Below, piece after piece: positions 10,366 through 20,292 of a DNA stretch of 64,000 bases. The position numbers and the translations under genes were made by a program. Every line of letters begins with the position of its first letter. The first letter of the stretch is position 1. Source of the DNA: Polyangiaceae bacterium (GTDB taxonomy: Bacteria > Myxococcota_A > Polyangia > Polyangiales > Polyangiaceae). Under the pieces are notes generated by a model. That model was not told the DNA's origin. It made no database searches and was given only the letters and a program-made list of their open reading frames with translations. The stretch is taken from assembly GCA_044376115.1 (NCBI GenBank), contig JBILLK010000035.1, forward strand, positions 42,183 through 106,182, in the 5' to 3' direction.

Positions 10366-10920
10366 TCAACGCTTGCGGGCGGCGCGCACGCGGCTGAGCT
10401 GCGTCGGCGTGATCCCGAGGTACGCGGCGATCTCGTACAGCGGGACGTCGACCTCGATGCCCGGGTGCTGTTCGAGCAGGCGTGCGTAACGTTGCGAGGC
10501 GTTCATCGTCGCCATCTCGAGCTCGCGTTGCTCCTTGATCAGGTAGAGCCCCTCGGCGAACTTGCGCTGGAGTTGTACGAGCGACGGATACTGCTGCTCG
10601 AGTTCGAGGATCGCCGCACGATCGATGAACCACACCACGCAGCTTGTGAGCGCCTGTTGCGGCACCTCGACAGGGCGGCCCGTGAGCAGAGAGGCGTAGT
10701 CCCCGACGAAGTCGGGGCCGCTGAAGAAGTGCTTGTTGTACTGCTTCCCATCGACGGTGGTGAAGTACGCGCGCACCCGCCCCGACTCGAGCAGCCCTAC
10801 GGTGGACTGCACCGAGCCGAGCGGCGACACATGCTCCCGCGGCGCGAAGCTACGCCGCACGAGGAGCGGCAAAAGCGCCTTCCAGACCGCGGGCTCCAGC
10901 GGATGAATTGCGTCCATCAT
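10366..10920 (-). CDS. Crp/Fnr family cyclic-nucleotide-binding regulator
   Basis: ESGRVRAYF, QALTSC, ASQRYARL, EIAAYLGITPTQLSRVR HTH. Confidence 0.9.
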   Translation of the reverse strand: MMDAIHPLEPAVWKALLPLLVRRSFAPREHVSPLGSVQSTVGLLESGRVRAYFTTVDGKQYNKHFFSGPDFVGDYASLLTGRPVEVPQQALTSCVVWFIDRAAILELEQQYPSLVQLQRKFAEGLYLIKEQRELEMATMNASQRYARLLEQHPGIEVDVPLYEIAAYLGITPTQLSRVRAARKR

Positions 10921-10941
10921 GCGCAGCAGTCGCGCCGAGAT

Positions 10942-11040
10942 TTCACCGAAGGTGGATGCAGTGAACAGAATGAGTCGTGCCCTCCTCGAGAAAGCGAGCC
11001 GAAGGCCCCGTTAGACCTTCGGCTAGGCACGAGTCATTTT
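10942..11040. repeat. Dispersed REP/MITE-like palindromic element, copy A
   Basis: ~100 bp closely similar to 21825-21923; arms AGAATGAGTCGTGCC...GGCACGAGTCATTTT; CC-GAA-GG mini-hairpins. Confidence 0.75.
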
Positions 11041-11131
11041 CGAGGGAGGCCAAGCGTCGAATCTAGCAGTGGTGTCCGCGGACGTGTCCTACGGATTCCG
11101 CGCCGGTAGTTGCGGCGTGGTAGCGTTCCGC

Positions 11132-11839
11132 ATGTCCTCGAAACGGTTCTGCAGACTGCACGTCTCATCCCGAGGGCCAACCTCTGGCGCGGCGACCTTC
11201 TTGTGGGTGCTCGGGTTCTTGGCGGCTTGCTCGACCTCTTCTGGACAGGGGGCCACCCCAAGCGAGCCCGTCGCTTCCACGTCGTCCTCCCAAGCCGGGC
11301 CCGCGTCCACGACGTCGTCCTCCCAAGTCGGGACGCCTCCAGCTTCCACGTCGTCCTCCCAGTCCGGGACGCCTCCCGTCGCAGTCCCGGCGACCTCTAT
11401 GGGAGCCTTCTCCCCCATAGAACTAGCCATGGTGAAGTTGCTCGCCGAATCGCCGAACTCGGGCTCGATCGGGTCGTCCGTAACCGAGTGGAGCATCAAC
11501 GGCAAGACGCCAACCGAGGCAACGGACGCCGATATCCGTCAAGCCATCGGGGAAGCCGGGTGCCTGCCCGATCAATCGCGCGACCGGGCCCCGGAGTTTA
11601 TCGTCACTGTTTCCTGTGGGACCACCCAGTACGAGGTCGTGCGCGTCGTTCGTGCAGCGCCACTGTCGGCGGAGCAGTGGACCGCGAAAATGAAGACGGT
11701 CGCGTTCGTCGAGGCGACTGGTGTCCGCTTGGAGGTACGTCCCAAGTCCGGCGCGAGCGTTGAACAGGCGCGTTCATTGTTGAGGCTGGTCCTGGGGGCT
11801 GACAGCCTTCCGCCAGGTAGCCCAAGTCCAGGTCTCTAA
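11132..11839 (+). CDS. Hypothetical lipoprotein with Ser/Thr-rich repeats
   Basis: FLAAC lipobox; three ASTSSSQ repeats. Confidence 0.6.
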   Translation: MSSKRFCRLHVSSRGPTSGAATFLWVLGFLAACSTSSGQGATPSEPVASTSSSQAGPASTTSSSQVGTPPASTSSSQSGTPPVAVPATSMGAFSPIELAMVKLLAESPNSGSIGSSVTEWSINGKTPTEATDADIRQAIGEAGCLPDQSRDRAPEFIVTVSCGTTQYEVVRVVRAAPLSAEQWTAKMKTVAFVEATGVRLEVRPKSGASVEQARSLLRLVLGADSLPPGSPSPGL

Positions 11840-11870
11840 ACGGGACCTGGCCCGCGAACGTGTCCGCGCG

Positions 11871-12959
11871 CTAGGGACCCGTGGTCTCCGGGTCGCAGTC
11901 GGGCTCCGCCGGGTCGCAGTAGAGGTTGGGCATCGCATTCCCACTCCACTTTGCGCGCAAGGGCGAGTTGTTGTTGTTGTTCTCGGGGTTCGGGTCCCAG
12001 AAGCTCAGCCCGAACTTCTCGCGGTGGAACCACGGCTGGACGTGCCCGCCCCAGAAGCCCTCCGCCATGAGCGTGTTGCATAGGCCGCGGGACCATTTGA
12101 GGGCCCACGGTATGTTCGACTTCGGACCACTGAAGACGCCTTCGGAGCCCGGCTCCGCGCTGCAACCCGGATGGCCCTCGGGGAGATACGGCGCTTGGTC
12201 CTCGAGCGACGGAATGAACGAGGCCCCACAGTGCGCGTTCATCGAGCCCTGGCACGGCCCCTCGGCCGAGCCGTTGGTGCCGGGATACTCGGCATCCCAG
12301 GCGGTCGTGAACTTGCGCTCATCACCCCATAGCGCGCGAGCGAACATGCAGTGGTCCTTCTTCACCTGACGGTCTTCAGTCGTGTAGCCAACCAGCGAGC
12401 GGAGATGGTTGATCGCAATCCGGTGCCACTCATCCACCTCGGCCTTGGTGGGGTTCGCGTTATCGGCGAACGGCTGGTGCTGGTAGAAGACCTCCCGAAT
12501 GCCTCGCACTCTGTCCACGCTCGGACAAATGGCCTGGACGAACTCGTCGTGGCTCATCTTGGACGGGTTGTAGACGGTGCCGTCCCATTCGGCCTCGGCC
12601 CAGTCCGCGGGGTCGATCCAGCTGACGCTATCCGGGTCGTGCGCAGGGTTGCCGCCCTCGACCGGTTTGCTTGCGAAGGTGCTCCAGTCGGCTTGATCCG
12701 GTGTGTACTGCTCCAGCATCGCATTGTTCGCGCCGCTGCCATTGGAGCCGCTGCCATTCGCGCCGCTGCCGTTCGCGCCGCTGCCATTGGAGCCGCTGCC
12801 ATTCGCGCCGCTGCCGTTCGCGCCGCCAGCATCCGATGCGCCAGCATCCGAGGCGCCAGCGTCTGAGGCTCCTGCATCCGAGCCGTCTGCGCTCTCGTCA
12901 CAAGCGACCCCAAAGTTCAGAACCGCAATCAGGGTGGCTAGCTTCTGGATCGTTCGCAA
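11871..12959 (-). CDS. Hypothetical lipoprotein with DAGAS/NGSGA linker and Cys-rich globular domain
   Basis: AGGAGG RBS then TTG; FGVAC lipobox; 15-bp repeats; EWHRIAINHLRSLVG core. Confidence 0.7.
   Translation of the reverse strand: MRTIQKLATLIAVLNFGVACDESADGSDAGASDAGASDAGASDAGGANGSGANGSGSNGSGANGSGANGSGSNGSGANNAMLEQYTPDQADWSTFASKPVEGGNPAHDPDSVSWIDPADWAEAEWDGTVYNPSKMSHDEFVQAICPSVDRVRGIREVFYQHQPFADNANPTKAEVDEWHRIAINHLRSLVGYTTEDRQVKKDHCMFARALWGDERKFTTAWDAEYPGTNGSAEGPCQGSMNAHCGASFIPSLEDQAPYLPEGHPGCSAEPGSEGVFSGPKSNIPWALKWSRGLCNTLMAEGFWGGHVQPWFHREKFGLSFWDPNPENNNNNSPLRAKWSGNAMPNLYCDPAEPDCDPETTGP
12728..12885 (-). repeat. 15-bp in-frame tandem repeats (NGSGA/NGSGS; DAGAS)
   Basis: gcgccgctgccattc-type units visible directly. 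Confidence 0.85.
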
Positions 12960-13158
12960 TGGGACCTCCTGAATCAACGGGAGGCGGTAGAGCAGTTGGT
13001 GTGCCAGGCCGCAACCTCTCGATCCTGCGGGCTTTTTACGCGGTCCGCCGCCCGCGCCTTGAACGGCGTTTCGTCCGCCTGGTACCGACCATGTTCCTGA
13101 GAGCGAGTGCGCCTCGGCGCGCCTTGTGGCAGGTGGTCGCACTGCGCGCAGGCGGTTC

Positions 13159-13671
13159 CTAGTCCACCGGTGCTCCACGCAGCCCCAGCTGCTCGGCCAG
13201 CCCCTTGAGCGCCTTCCACAACAAGGCTTGTTGCTTCGGATCGAGCCGCCCGAAGGTCTCCGCGTCGTTCTCGTCAGCGAGCTCCGCTAGCTTGGGGACG
13301 AGGCGGCGCCCCCCAGCCCGCAGTGAAACGAACTGCGCCCGCCCGTCCTGCTCGTCTCTGCGGATCGACAAAAGCTGCTTGGCGAGGAGCCGGTCCACGA
13401 GCTTCGAAACGGCGCCGCGGGTCAGCCCCAGCGTGTTCGCGAGCTCGCTCGGCTTGACCTCGTGCGTCTCGAACAGGGCGCGCAGCACGACCCACTCGGC
13501 CACAGTGACGCCGTGCTGCTCGACCTTCAGCTTGAAGGCGTGGGACACGTGGTTCGACACGGCGCGCAGCCAGTAGCCGAGATGCGCATCGAGCGCGCTC
13601 GGTGGCTTCGCCGAGCTACCTTCACGCGGTAGTTCACCCGCACCCAGTTTATTGCGGGAAGTGTTCGACAT
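13159..13671 (-). CDS. MarR family transcriptional regulator
   Basis: GVTVAEWVVL, PSELANTLGLTRGAVSKLVDRL, DGRAQFVSL. Confidence 0.92.
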   Translation of the reverse strand: MSNTSRNKLGAGELPREGSSAKPPSALDAHLGYWLRAVSNHVSHAFKLKVEQHGVTVAEWVVLRALFETHEVKPSELANTLGLTRGAVSKLVDRLLAKQLLSIRRDEQDGRAQFVSLRAGGRRLVPKLAELADENDAETFGRLDPKQQALLWKALKGLAEQLGLRGAPVD

Positions 13672-14071
13672 GTGTCTCCGCCGTGCGCCCAAAGTAGACG
13701 ACGCGCTTGCCCAGAAAGGACACCATGTAGCCCGCGCAGCCAGCGGCCTTTACCTTCGCGCAGAAGCCCGCGTAGGAATAGCCGGGGACGTTGCTCTGGG
13801 CCTCCCGTACCGCTTGCTCGACCTCCTCGGCGTTGAACCCGGCTGCCACCCTCGTCTCGGCCTTGGGCAGGGCGAGCTGCACGCTCTGGTTGCTCGCCGT
13901 GAAATACGTTGCCGTCCCACGCCGATAGTCGACGTCATACCCCTCGAACCCCGCCTCAATCAGGGTGCCAACAATGGCGGGGAAGTCCATGGTGCCTGCG
14001 TACGCGGCGTCCAGGCAGTGCTGGGCGGTAGCTGCAAGCTGCTCATTCATTCGTGCAAGTTGCTCATTCAT
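13649..14071 (-). CDS. DUF1398 family protein
   Basis: MDFPAIVGTLIEAGFEGYDVDY, YAGFC..AAGCAGYMVSFLGKRVVYFGR..HVEHFP; N-terminal MNEQLA duplicated. Confidence 0.85.
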   Translation of the reverse strand: MNEQLARMNEQLAATAQHCLDAAYAGTMDFPAIVGTLIEAGFEGYDVDYRRGTATYFTASNQSVQLALPKAETRVAAGFNAEEVEQAVREAQSNVPGYSYAGFCAKVKAAGCAGYMVSFLGKRVVYFGRTAETHVEHFPQ

Positions 14072-14827
14072 TCTGGCCTCGCATCGATACCTGCGGCCGG
14101 CTCACCTGGTACGGCGTATCGACGTGCCAACGAGGGCAAAGACATCGCGATCTTTTACGGTGGCTACGGCGCGACGCTGACGGCCTCGCAGAGCTGGCTC
14201 GATGAGGCTTTGACGCAAGAGCTCGAGGCACGCGGCGTCGGTCGGCTCTATGCAGTAAAAGGCCCGCTCCACTCCGACTATCGCGACTATGAGATAGGAA
14301 ACTCCAAGATCGCCAAGCGGCTCATTGGCGATGAGGGCCAAGACGCACAGAGGATCATCGTGGTCGCGCACTCCTCGGGCGCTTTCGTCGCCAACGAGCT
14401 GATGACTCAGCTCGCTGACGGCCGAGACACGCTCGGGAACGCCGCGCAGAAGGTCGTCTACTTCAACCTCGACGGAGCGGGCGGGCCACCGAACAAGGCG
14501 CTATTGAACCTCGCCGGCGCCTGGGCCGTGTTGGTGAAGGACGCAGCCGGAACCCGCTCGACGAACGCGTGGACCGCGGAGGACAACGGCGCCAAGTATT
14601 CTGCCGCCGGCAAGGGCGGCCATCACCTACTGCTCGCAGAAGCCGGCGCCTGTGCGAGTGGCGCAAAATGGTGCCTGCACATGTTCACAACCAACCAGCG
14701 GCCCCACAACAAGTGGGGGCTCGACGTCCAAAACGACTACACCGATTTCGACGGAAACCCTATTCAGCTCGGCTTCCTCGCGGAGCTCGGCGTCCTCGGT
14801 GAGCTGGCGGAAGACAAGGTCCCCTGA
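14060..14827 (+). pseudogene. Alpha/beta-hydrolase-like protein lacking its N-terminus
   Basis: VVAHSSG nucleophile elbow, YFNLDG, WCLH; no usable start or RBS outside the divergent DUF1398 gene. Confidence 0.55.
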
Positions 14828-14913
14828 GCTGCGTTCCCGCGCGAGGGAACCCTCGCCAGCCGAGCCTCGCCCGTGTGATTGACGCTCCCCCACGCGCGTG
14901 GAACGGACCACGT

Positions 14914-16180
14914 ATGCGTTGGTTCTTCTTCAGCTTGTGCGCCGTCGGGTTGCTTGCGTGTGGTGATGATTCGGCTGCCACTGGCGGTGCTTCGGTTGGC
15001 GGTGCGGCTGCCGGAGGCGCGTCTTCGTCGTCGGGCGGTAGCAGCGCGGACGGTGGAAATAGCCAGGGCGGAGCCGCGCAGGGGGGCGGCCCGCAAGGCG
15101 GAAGCTCTGCTTGTTATGAGGATGCGGGCCCGGCGCGCCCCATGTGGAACTTGTGGCCCGTCTGCGAGAGCTCGCCGGCCGGTGATAGCGCGAGCACCTC
15201 GAACGAGCCGTTGGGATCTTCGGCGTCATCGTACGGATGGCCGACCACCACGAAGCGCGTCTTGTCCGCACCGGCCGATCATCTTCTCCCCGAACGGCGA
15301 GCTTGGCTTCGCCGTACAGAACGACGGCAGCGTGGGCGTGTTCCGGCTCGCCAGCGATGGCACGCCTACGGTGCTCTCGGCAGGCGAACAATGGGACTTT
15401 TATGCCGACGCTCTGCGTTGGTCCGCTGCGGGGCCCTACCTCGTTGACGGTAACTTCCCCAAGAACGGCGGCGGTCTCTACCAGCTGCTCGTCGCTTGCG
15501 ATGCCTCGCTCACGGCCTCCCCGCGCCTGTTCGACGCCAAGAACGCACGCGACCTGTTCGTGGACGCCGCAAGCGGTGACGTCCTGATCGCAGCGCGCGC
15601 CGCGCTCGGCTCCACCGAGGTCGCCCACGTGCATCGGCTTACGCTGGGAACGCCTCCCAGCTTGCTCGCTAGCAAAGACGCGTTCGGTGACGACGAGGCG
15701 ATCACCAGCTTCGCCGCGCGCACCCGCATCGGCCGTCACATCATCGTCGCCGACAACTCCTCGTTTAGCGCGGTACCGAACCGGGTCGCCGCGGTCGAGG
15801 TCACAACGAGCGGGCTTGGCGCAGTGCAGACCCTGAGCGGCTTTGACGATCCGTATGCGATCGCCGTCTCGCCATTCGACGATGCCGTCGTCGTCACCTC
15901 GGGCTTCGGGGATGGCATCTTCGTGCTCGACTACGACCCGCAGGCCGCGGCTCCGCTCACCTTGCGCGGCGAGCTCGACTACGCTGGCGCATCCCCGCAA
16001 CTCCCCGGCGCGCTGGCCACCGTTGAGCGCGGGCCGCTCGACGGCCGGGTGCTGATCGCCGACGTGCGCGGCGTTTACTCGGTGCAGTTCGCACCCGGCG
16101 CACAGGTCCAAGACCTCGGCGTGTTCGAACTCGGGCCCGGCAGCGAGGCGATCGTTGTCGGCATCGGCGTGCAGCCCTGA
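14914..16180 (+). pseudogene. Lactonase-like beta-propeller lipoprotein disrupted by an internal inversion and net frameshift
   Basis: LLAC lipobox and Gly linker in one frame; propeller blades (IIFSPNG, IAVSPFDD) in another; 15129-15274 codes on the minus strand. Confidence 0.65.
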
Positions 16181-16228
16181 TCTGCGGCGGCCGCCGTACT
16201 GCGTTCGGCGTGCAGCGCGGACGCGCCG

Positions 16229-17515
16229 CTAGCCTGTGCTGCGCGCTTCCTCGGCTTCTAGTACGGCGAGTGCTTCAGCGAGCGCGGGTTCCTCGAGCGC
16301 CCCTTCGGCGACCTGCGTGAGTACGCAGGCGAGCGGCGCCGATACCGTCGTCTTCGCGAGAACTCCGATGCGCGGGCGCTCCTGGGGCGCTGCTTCCACC
16401 AGGGCGATCGCTGCGGCTGCGCGCTCCAACGTCGGCCTCGTTACGTCCTCGGTCAGTGCGCGAAGGGTCTCGACCTCGACCGGCGCGCTGCGATGGCCGC
16501 CATACGCTCCGGCGCCGACGCGACGAAGGGCGGTGACCCACTCCGCGAACGGTCGCGCCCGGCGCTCCAGCGCTTCTATCGCGGCAGCGCGCGGGCTACT
16601 CCTTGCCGCGAGCATCGCTTCATGGAGGCGCACTGCGAACGCGCTCGTTTGCGCGACGAACTGCGGTTCATAGTACCCTACCGGGATCCACACCGTAGGG
16701 CCGCCGCGAAGGTGAAGTTTGAGTCCAATCTCACGTAAGAAGTCTCCGTGTACCGCTTGTTCGTAGCGATGAATCTGGTCGAAGCGTAAGACCCGCTCCT
16801 GCCTCAGCCAGCAAATCACGAGGCCATCGACCCCGATATGCACGCTCGCTGGGGCCAGATAGAGCGCAGGGATGACGCCGACACTTGCGAGCAGCGCAAT
16901 TCCCGCCGCAGTGATCCCCCACCAAAGGATGAATAGCGGTGCGACCACTAGCGCCAGAATGACCACCACCTGAGTATGAAGCGAGCACGCGCGAAAGCGG
17001 CTCGCGACCCGAAAACGCGCCGTCGTCTGATCGGCATTCAGCCCCAATGCACGCAGCAGTTGGGTGCCCGCCTGCGGAGTCCGCACGGCAAACTCGATCG
17101 GTAGGCCGAAGACGCTCCGCTTTGTCAAACGCACGAACCAAACGTCCTTGTCCTGAAGCAACAAGCCTTGAGCGAGCTGCTCTCGGCGCGCGAGCGTCTT
17201 GCCGGCGTGGAACAGCGCGTCGTCCGTCACGGTCGTCTGTCCCGCGACCGCAAGAAAGGGTGCTCTGGCGAAGGAGTCCCAGGCCCACCACAGCGCGACC
17301 AAGCTCGGCACCAGGCACAGCACGATAAAAAGCCAAAACCGGCTCGAAAAGTCCGCCCAGAACAAACCAACGAGGACGTACGAACTCGCGAGCGCGCTGA
17401 GCCCCCACGTGCGTATCACATGGAGCTGCGAGCGCGCGCGGTGCTCGAGGTCAAATGCGCGGTAGCGTTCGGCCGTCACGGTCGTCTGTCCGCTAGAGTA
17501 CTTCGGATCGACCAT
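16229..17515 (-). CDS. Hypothetical membrane protein (two TM pairs, PH-like segments, helical C-terminus)
   Basis: TM hairpins, VHIGVDGLVI, LERAAAAIAL. Confidence 0.6.
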   Translation of the reverse strand: MVDPKYSSGQTTVTAERYRAFDLEHRARSQLHVIRTWGLSALASSYVLVGLFWADFSSRFWLFIVLCLVPSLVALWWAWDSFARAPFLAVAGQTTVTDDALFHAGKTLARREQLAQGLLLQDKDVWFVRLTKRSVFGLPIEFAVRTPQAGTQLLRALGLNADQTTARFRVASRFRACSLHTQVVVILALVVAPLFILWWGITAAGIALLASVGVIPALYLAPASVHIGVDGLVICWLRQERVLRFDQIHRYEQAVHGDFLREIGLKLHLRGGPTVWIPVGYYEPQFVAQTSAFAVRLHEAMLAARSSPRAAAIEALERRARPFAEWVTALRRVGAGAYGGHRSAPVEVETLRALTEDVTRPTLERAAAAIALVEAAPQERPRIGVLAKTTVSAPLACVLTQVAEGALEEPALAEALAVLEAEEARSTG

Positions 17516-17604
17516 GGTTACGTGCCGCGAGGATTGCCACATCATCGCGATGACGTCGATGGTGCGCGGGCGGTGCGCAGCCGGGGCTGCGCACCGCCAA
17601 CAGC

Positions 17605-18900
17605 TCAGTTCGGCGTGACCGTGCTCTTCAGCTTCGGGATGCAGGAGGCGTTGTCGAGCAGGGCGACCTCTTTGGAGAAGAGCGTGAGATCCTCGTCGAG
17701 CACGTCGAAGCCAAACGCTGTAGCGCTCACGCCAGCGGTCATACCCACCCCGAGGTCCATGTCGACCTTGCACACATTGTTCGTTACCGCGGCGGAGACC
17801 TGTGCGTAGCCCTCGAGGCCGATATCGATACCGGCGTTGGCAACCACGATATTGAGCTCTGTTTGCAGCTCCGGCCGGATGAAGCAGCGTGCGGTGATCG
17901 GCTTGCCAGTATTGAAGGTTGGTCCGAGCCGCGTGAAGCTGAAGCTCGATTGCGCAATCGGGCTGAGGCCTTCGTCTTTGACGAACTCGACGCCGAAGGC
18001 GACGCTCGAGGACTGCTGCATACCCGCGGTGAGGTTCATGCCCTCCGGTATCTGCACGCTACAACCGAGCACGAGCTTGGGGGTAACGGTGATCACGATG
18101 GGGCCGAGCGGGATCGGGATGGGCGGGGCGCTGAAGGTCTTCTCGAACTCCTCGTCGACGCCGACCGTGTTCTCGAGCTTGACCTCGAGCTCGGCAGACT
18201 GTGATCCGGAGGCGACCGCGCTGAGTCGCTTGAGGCCTTTGAGGAGGCTGGCGTCCAAGTCGAAGTTGAAGGCCGGCGCGAATTGGAACGTCGCCTTGCT
18301 GAGCGTGGCTTTGAGTTGGTCGTTCTGAAACAGCACCGTGCCGCTCTTGTTGAAGGCGAGCGCCGGGTTGGCCTCGGGATCTCCGCTCGGGGCCTTGGGC
18401 GAGATTTTGGCGCCGTCCTCGGCGACGAACTCGAGGTTCTCGAAGTCGTCGAGCTTTATCGTCGTGACCATGTCGCACGACTCGAAAGCGTCGGCGAGCG
18501 ATGCCGCTTCGGTCTCGATCACGATCTCGTCGCCGGCTTGCGACACGGCGGCGACCTTGCGAATGAAGCCGATCGGGTTGGTAGCGGCGAAGGTCTGGTG
18601 CGGGTTACCGATGATGGCGCTGCCCAGCTCGAGATCGAGCAGCTCGGGGAAGTCGGCCGCGGGTACCCGCAAGCTCGTTTCGGTCACAGTCACAAGGTCG
18701 GAGGCGGGGGCTTTGACGTACGTCGTCGACGCCTTGAGCTCCCAGTTGAGGCCGTCTGGGCGGGCAGGCTTCCAGGTCACTTCGACGCCATCCGGGTCGG
18801 ACCATTCGGTCGGCTGGACCTCCTCTTCTGAGGACTCCTCGCCGCAGGCGGCGATCACGAGGGCAAACGTCGAAAGGAAGAACGTGCTGCGGATAGTCAT
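17605..18900 (-). CDS. Hypothetical lipoprotein
   Basis: AAGGAG RBS; IAAC lipobox; GFIRKV motif and beta-rich body. Confidence 0.75.
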   Translation of the reverse strand: MTIRSTFFLSTFALVIAACGEESSEEEVQPTEWSDPDGVEVTWKPARPDGLNWELKASTTYVKAPASDLVTVTETSLRVPAADFPELLDLELGSAIIGNPHQTFAATNPIGFIRKVAAVSQAGDEIVIETEAASLADAFESCDMVTTIKLDDFENLEFVAEDGAKISPKAPSGDPEANPALAFNKSGTVLFQNDQLKATLSKATFQFAPAFNFDLDASLLKGLKRLSAVASGSQSAELEVKLENTVGVDEEFEKTFSAPPIPIPLGPIVITVTPKLVLGCSVQIPEGMNLTAGMQQSSSVAFGVEFVKDEGLSPIAQSSFSFTRLGPTFNTGKPITARCFIRPELQTELNIVVANAGIDIGLEGYAQVSAAVTNNVCKVDMDLGVGMTAGVSATAFGFDVLDEDLTLFSKEVALLDNASCIPKLKSTVTPN

Positions 18901-18988
18901 GGGTATCTCCTTGGCTAAGCCAGTGTCGTTGACCCCTCGAAGCTAGTCAGCGCGATCTCATAGACGAATCCAGCTATTCGATATAAAG

Positions 18989-19009
18989 CCCATAGCCATG
19001 GACTATGGG
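18989..19009. promoter_or_regulatory. ATAG-N7-CTAT palindrome (OxyR/LysR-type box)
   Basis: CCCATAG-CCATGGA-CTATGGG in AT-richer intergenic DNA upstream of the DUF4169 and peroxiredoxin genes. Confidence 0.4.
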
Positions 19010-19113
19010 TGGGCGCACCGCGAGATCGCTAAATATCTATCGTAAACGCGCGGCAGCCTTGGGCGACAAGGCGGGTCTTGTGCCTCGACGACCAGCTGTG
19101 GCACCCTCGGTCG

Positions 19114-19359
19114 ATGTCGAGCAACGTCGTCAATCTGAACCGCTTCCGGAAGAAGAAGGCGCGTGAAGACCGGGTGAAGCAGGCCGAGACGAACAGTCGT
19201 TTGCACGGCCGCACCAAGGCTGAGAAGCAACGCGAGCTGATGGAGCGCAAGCGGGCTTCGCAAGCGCTCGAAGGGAAGCGCCTGGAGGGCGACTCGGCGA
19301 ACACGGCTTCAGAAGCTGAGGGAGAGCAGATTGAGCTCAGCGAGGTCCATCGGCCCTAG
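19114..19359 (+). CDS. DUF4169 family protein
   Basis: VVNLNRFRKKKAR...NSRLHGRTKAEK signature. Confidence 0.85.
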   Translation: MSSNVVNLNRFRKKKAREDRVKQAETNSRLHGRTKAEKQRELMERKRASQALEGKRLEGDSANTASEAEGEQIELSEVHRP

Positions 19360-19396
19360 TAACGCTGTGGCCCGCTCCATGCTCTCAGCGTTCACA

Positions 19397-20035
19397 ATGG
19401 ATAACCCCGTCTCCTTGCCACGGCTGAATGAAGCCGCTCCGAACTTTCATGCCAAGACCACCCAAGGAGATCGCTCCTTGCTGGACTACAAGGGCAAGTG
19501 GCTGATTCTCTTCTCGCACCCAGCTGACTTCACGCCGGTGTGCACCACCGAATTCATCGGCTTTCAGAAGCATGCGGACATCTTTCGCAGCATGAACTGC
19601 GAGCTACTCGGCCTCTCGATCGACAGCCTCTTTTCTCATTTGGCCTGGATTCAGAACATCAAAGAGAAGTTCGGGGTGGAGATTGGCTTCCCCATCATTG
19701 AAGACATCAAAATGGAGGTCGCCCGCACCTTCGGCATGGTGCATCCCGGAGCCGGTGATACCCAGGCCGTGCGCGCTACTTTCTTCATAGACCCGCACGG
19801 CGTGCTGCGCGCCATGGTTTACTACCCAATGAGCAACGGCCGTAGCATCAGCGAGTTTGTGCGCTTGCTGACCGCCATGCAAACCAGCGACGCCCAGAAA
19901 GTCGCCACACCTGAGGGTTGGACGGTAGGCGCTGACGTGCTCATCCCACCGCCGCGGACCGCTGAAGCCGCCGCCAAGCGCGCCGGCGAGGGCTTCAAAA
20001 CGACTGACTGGTACTTCTCCACCAAGTCGCTTTGA
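19397..20035 (+). CDS. 1-Cys peroxiredoxin (Prx6 type)
   Basis: FSHPADFTPVCTTE, YYPMSNGR, ATPEGW. Confidence 0.95.
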   Translation: MDNPVSLPRLNEAAPNFHAKTTQGDRSLLDYKGKWLILFSHPADFTPVCTTEFIGFQKHADIFRSMNCELLGLSIDSLFSHLAWIQNIKEKFGVEIGFPIIEDIKMEVARTFGMVHPGAGDTQAVRATFFIDPHGVLRAMVYYPMSNGRSISEFVRLLTAMQTSDAQKVATPEGWTVGADVLIPPPRTAEAAAKRAGEGFKTTDWYFSTKSL

Positions 20036-20292
20036 GCCATCGCATTCAGGGCCGAGGCGCGAGCGTGCGAACGCCCCCAGCGGGCGGTCTTTGGCTCAAG
20101 GCCGATCCGTGAAGGCCCGAGAGCGCTGATGTTTCACTGGGATGTTGCATCGTGTTTCGCCTAGGGTGGAGTCTCGAAATTCGCGGGGCGAAAGGCGTTG
20201 GCCTGCGCCATGCAAAGGATCCTCTAGGAAACACCGTGCAACGTCGTCGTCGGGTAGCAATGCGTATTGGTTTTGAGCGAGGGCTCGTTGGG

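Noticed and set aside
20036..20290. Riboswitch or ncRNA upstream of the porin gene
   Set aside because: No recognisable aptamer consensus by eye; an Rfam search would be needed.
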